Below are positions 34,301-36,058 of a DNA stretch of 36,058 bases, in pieces (positions within the stretch are counted from its first letter, which is position 1; every line of letters begins with the position of its first letter). Under the pieces are notes generated by a model that saw only the letters and a program-made list of their open reading frames with translations, had not been told where the DNA came from and did no database searches. The stretch lies in NCBI GenBank assembly GCA_963693365.1, contig CAVNZM010000041.1, forward strand, positions 1 through 36,058. Direction: 5' to 3'. Origin of the DNA: Amoebidium appalachense (lineage: Eukaryota > Protista > Ichthyosporea). The position numbers were made by a program, and so were the translations under genes.

Positions 34301-35728
34301 AATTGAAAATGTTATGATACGAGACCCTGAGACGAGTAAATCTACTCACATATGATGTGACAGCTTCTACGTATTTCTGTATAACAGGCTCACCTTTAAC
34401 TGCCTCAGAGTCGCTGATCGTGCCGCCGTCTGTGGCCTTGGGAGGTGGTGGCAGATTTGGATCTGGAGATGGGAAGGGAATGGGGTTAGATGAAAGAAAC
34501 TCGATGCTGCTTACTTAACAGCCCGTCCGTCCCCACCCCCACCCCCACCCCCACCCCCACCCCCACCCCCACCCCCACCCCCACCCCCACCCCCACCCCC
34601 ACCCCCACCCCCACCCCCACCCCCACCCCCACCCCCACCCCCACCCCCACCCCCACCCCCCACCCCCACCCCCCACCCCCACCCCCCCTCTTTCGTTCCA
34701 CAAAAACAAAAACAGAAACAGAAACAGAAAACAAAAGGGAAAAAACAGAACACCCAAGTGATGTTCTACGTTTGTGCAGGTGTATGCATGCGGTAGTATA
34801 ATGCCATTTTATAGCAAACCGAGCATGTGCATCGTGGTAAAGGGCCAACAAATAACAGACAAGAAGATGCAAATGGAACCCTCACCGTGGAGTTGTTGCT
34901 TGAAGAGGCGGTAAACCCCAGGTGTTGTATGAGCGAGGAAGGTGTACAGGATATCGAAAGGACAATCCGCCACAGCCAAAATGAAGTGGCCCATGTCGCT
35001 GCTGGTCTTAGATACCATTTCGACAGGCCAATAGTGACCGTTGATCAGGGCAATGTAACAAATTCCCGAGACCCTTCCGTCAGGCATTTTCTCCCGTCGG
35101 GTACGGTTGACCTGGAATACTGGACGCACTGTGCGTTCGGCATCGTGCCCGGGTGTGTGACGTGGGGATATCGTGACCAACGCCAGGCCGAATTCGCTGA
35201 GCAGGTACGACTGCAGTTTACCTATCTCCGCGTGGGTGGCCCATCGTCTGTGTGTGGGGTTTCCAACCCAGTCTTGCCATTCAGCCAGCGTGGCAGGAGG
35301 CGCCTTTGTGCTATTATCCGGCGTGTATGCGAGCTTTTCGGATTCGAGATCCTCCTGTGTGAGAAGGGATGCGGTGAGGCGCCGAATGACCGGCATTGGC
35401 ACAGCGAAGATGGCTGCCACGGCATGATAGAAACAGCTTCCGTCATCAGGAACATACCGCAGGTGGAAAGACGTTCCCATATTTGTGGTCAAATTTGGGA
35501 TTGACGGTGCATTACTTCCCTTGTCAAGTGCCACCGTTGGTTCATCTGTCTCATCGTATAATCCATCGTGCCGTGTGATGAATCGTAGTCGCACGTCATC
35601 TTGAAGACCGGAACATGACTCTGGCACGAGGCCAGGAGGTTGGGGCAGAGGGGTTTGGCCAATTGGACTGGATTCTGATGTTGCATTTACCGGGGGTGGA
35701 CGGTCTTCTTGATCGTTGATGGTTAAGC
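33913..35728 (-). CDS. Spliced gene (internal exons) encoding an OTU-like cysteine protease
   Basis: VPDDGSCFYHAVA (catalytic D..C), WATHAEI and INGHYWPV (catalytic H) at about 35465-35020. Exons 35728-34886, 34462-34394 and 34041-33913 have CAG acceptors and GTGAG donors, all phase 1, with lengths divisible by 3. Confidence 0.8.
34531..34685. repeat. (CCCCCA)n hexamer array, intronic
   Basis: About 25 units seen directly, inside the predicted OTU-gene intron 34885-34463. Confidence 0.95.
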
Positions 35729-35806
35729 CTGTGAGGAGGCAATGATTGTGAGACACATTGAATTCCATCATGTTTATCATGTATCTAATCGCACGTGTGC
35801 ATATTC

Positions 35807-35843
<37 letters not shown>

Positions 35844-36058
35844 GGGGGGGGGTTTTTTTTGGATACCAAACGTGCAAGGACATACCAATCATGATGGGTT
35901 CAGGAGGGATATAAAGCACTGACGGATTTAAAGCAGAGTATACACCCTTGATTCATGTACTGATACAAAAACAAAGTGGTCACCAAATGTAAAATAAAAT
36001 TTATCCGATGTAATAGTTTTAGTCTCCCTATGTCCCTATCTCCCTCTCTCCCTCTCTC

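Noticed and set aside
34531-34685. Interstitial telomere or PT-repeat protein
   Set aside because: (TGGGGG)n is not a telomere unit I recognise and it lies within a predicted intron; ORFs across it are repeat translations.

Overview
Eukaryotic, repeat-dense window with spliceosomal introns, long G/C homopolymers and microsatellites. It is almost entirely nested mobile and virus-derived DNA. Left to right: (1) an AT-rich fold-back element (1-3141) with an internally deleted piggyBac-like element at the TTAA in its palindromic centre; (2) the 3' part of a VLTF3-like viral late transcription factor gene; (3) a second-family LTR with its PBS, next to a LINE RT remnant that carries a solo Copia LTR; (4) a GC-rich terminus (four perfect 32-bp repeats, AGTAGT end, 20-bp hairpin) beside a gene with a mitochondrial-presequence-like N-terminus and a coiled coil, fused to the inverted 5' part of the same VLTF3-like gene; (5) a GGATATC array followed by minus-strand genes: a reconstructable 540-aa five-exon gene knocked out by a young full-length Copia (19518-26649) and a solo LTR, a tandem-domain gene split by a gag-only Ngaro/DIRS-like insert, and a spliced OTU protease gene. 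Two signals stand out. The Copia coding region is rich in CpG but almost lacks CGC/GCG trinucleotides. The VLTF3-linked terminus looks like the end of a linear endogenous virus. All protein family calls come from motif recognition by eye, with no database searches.
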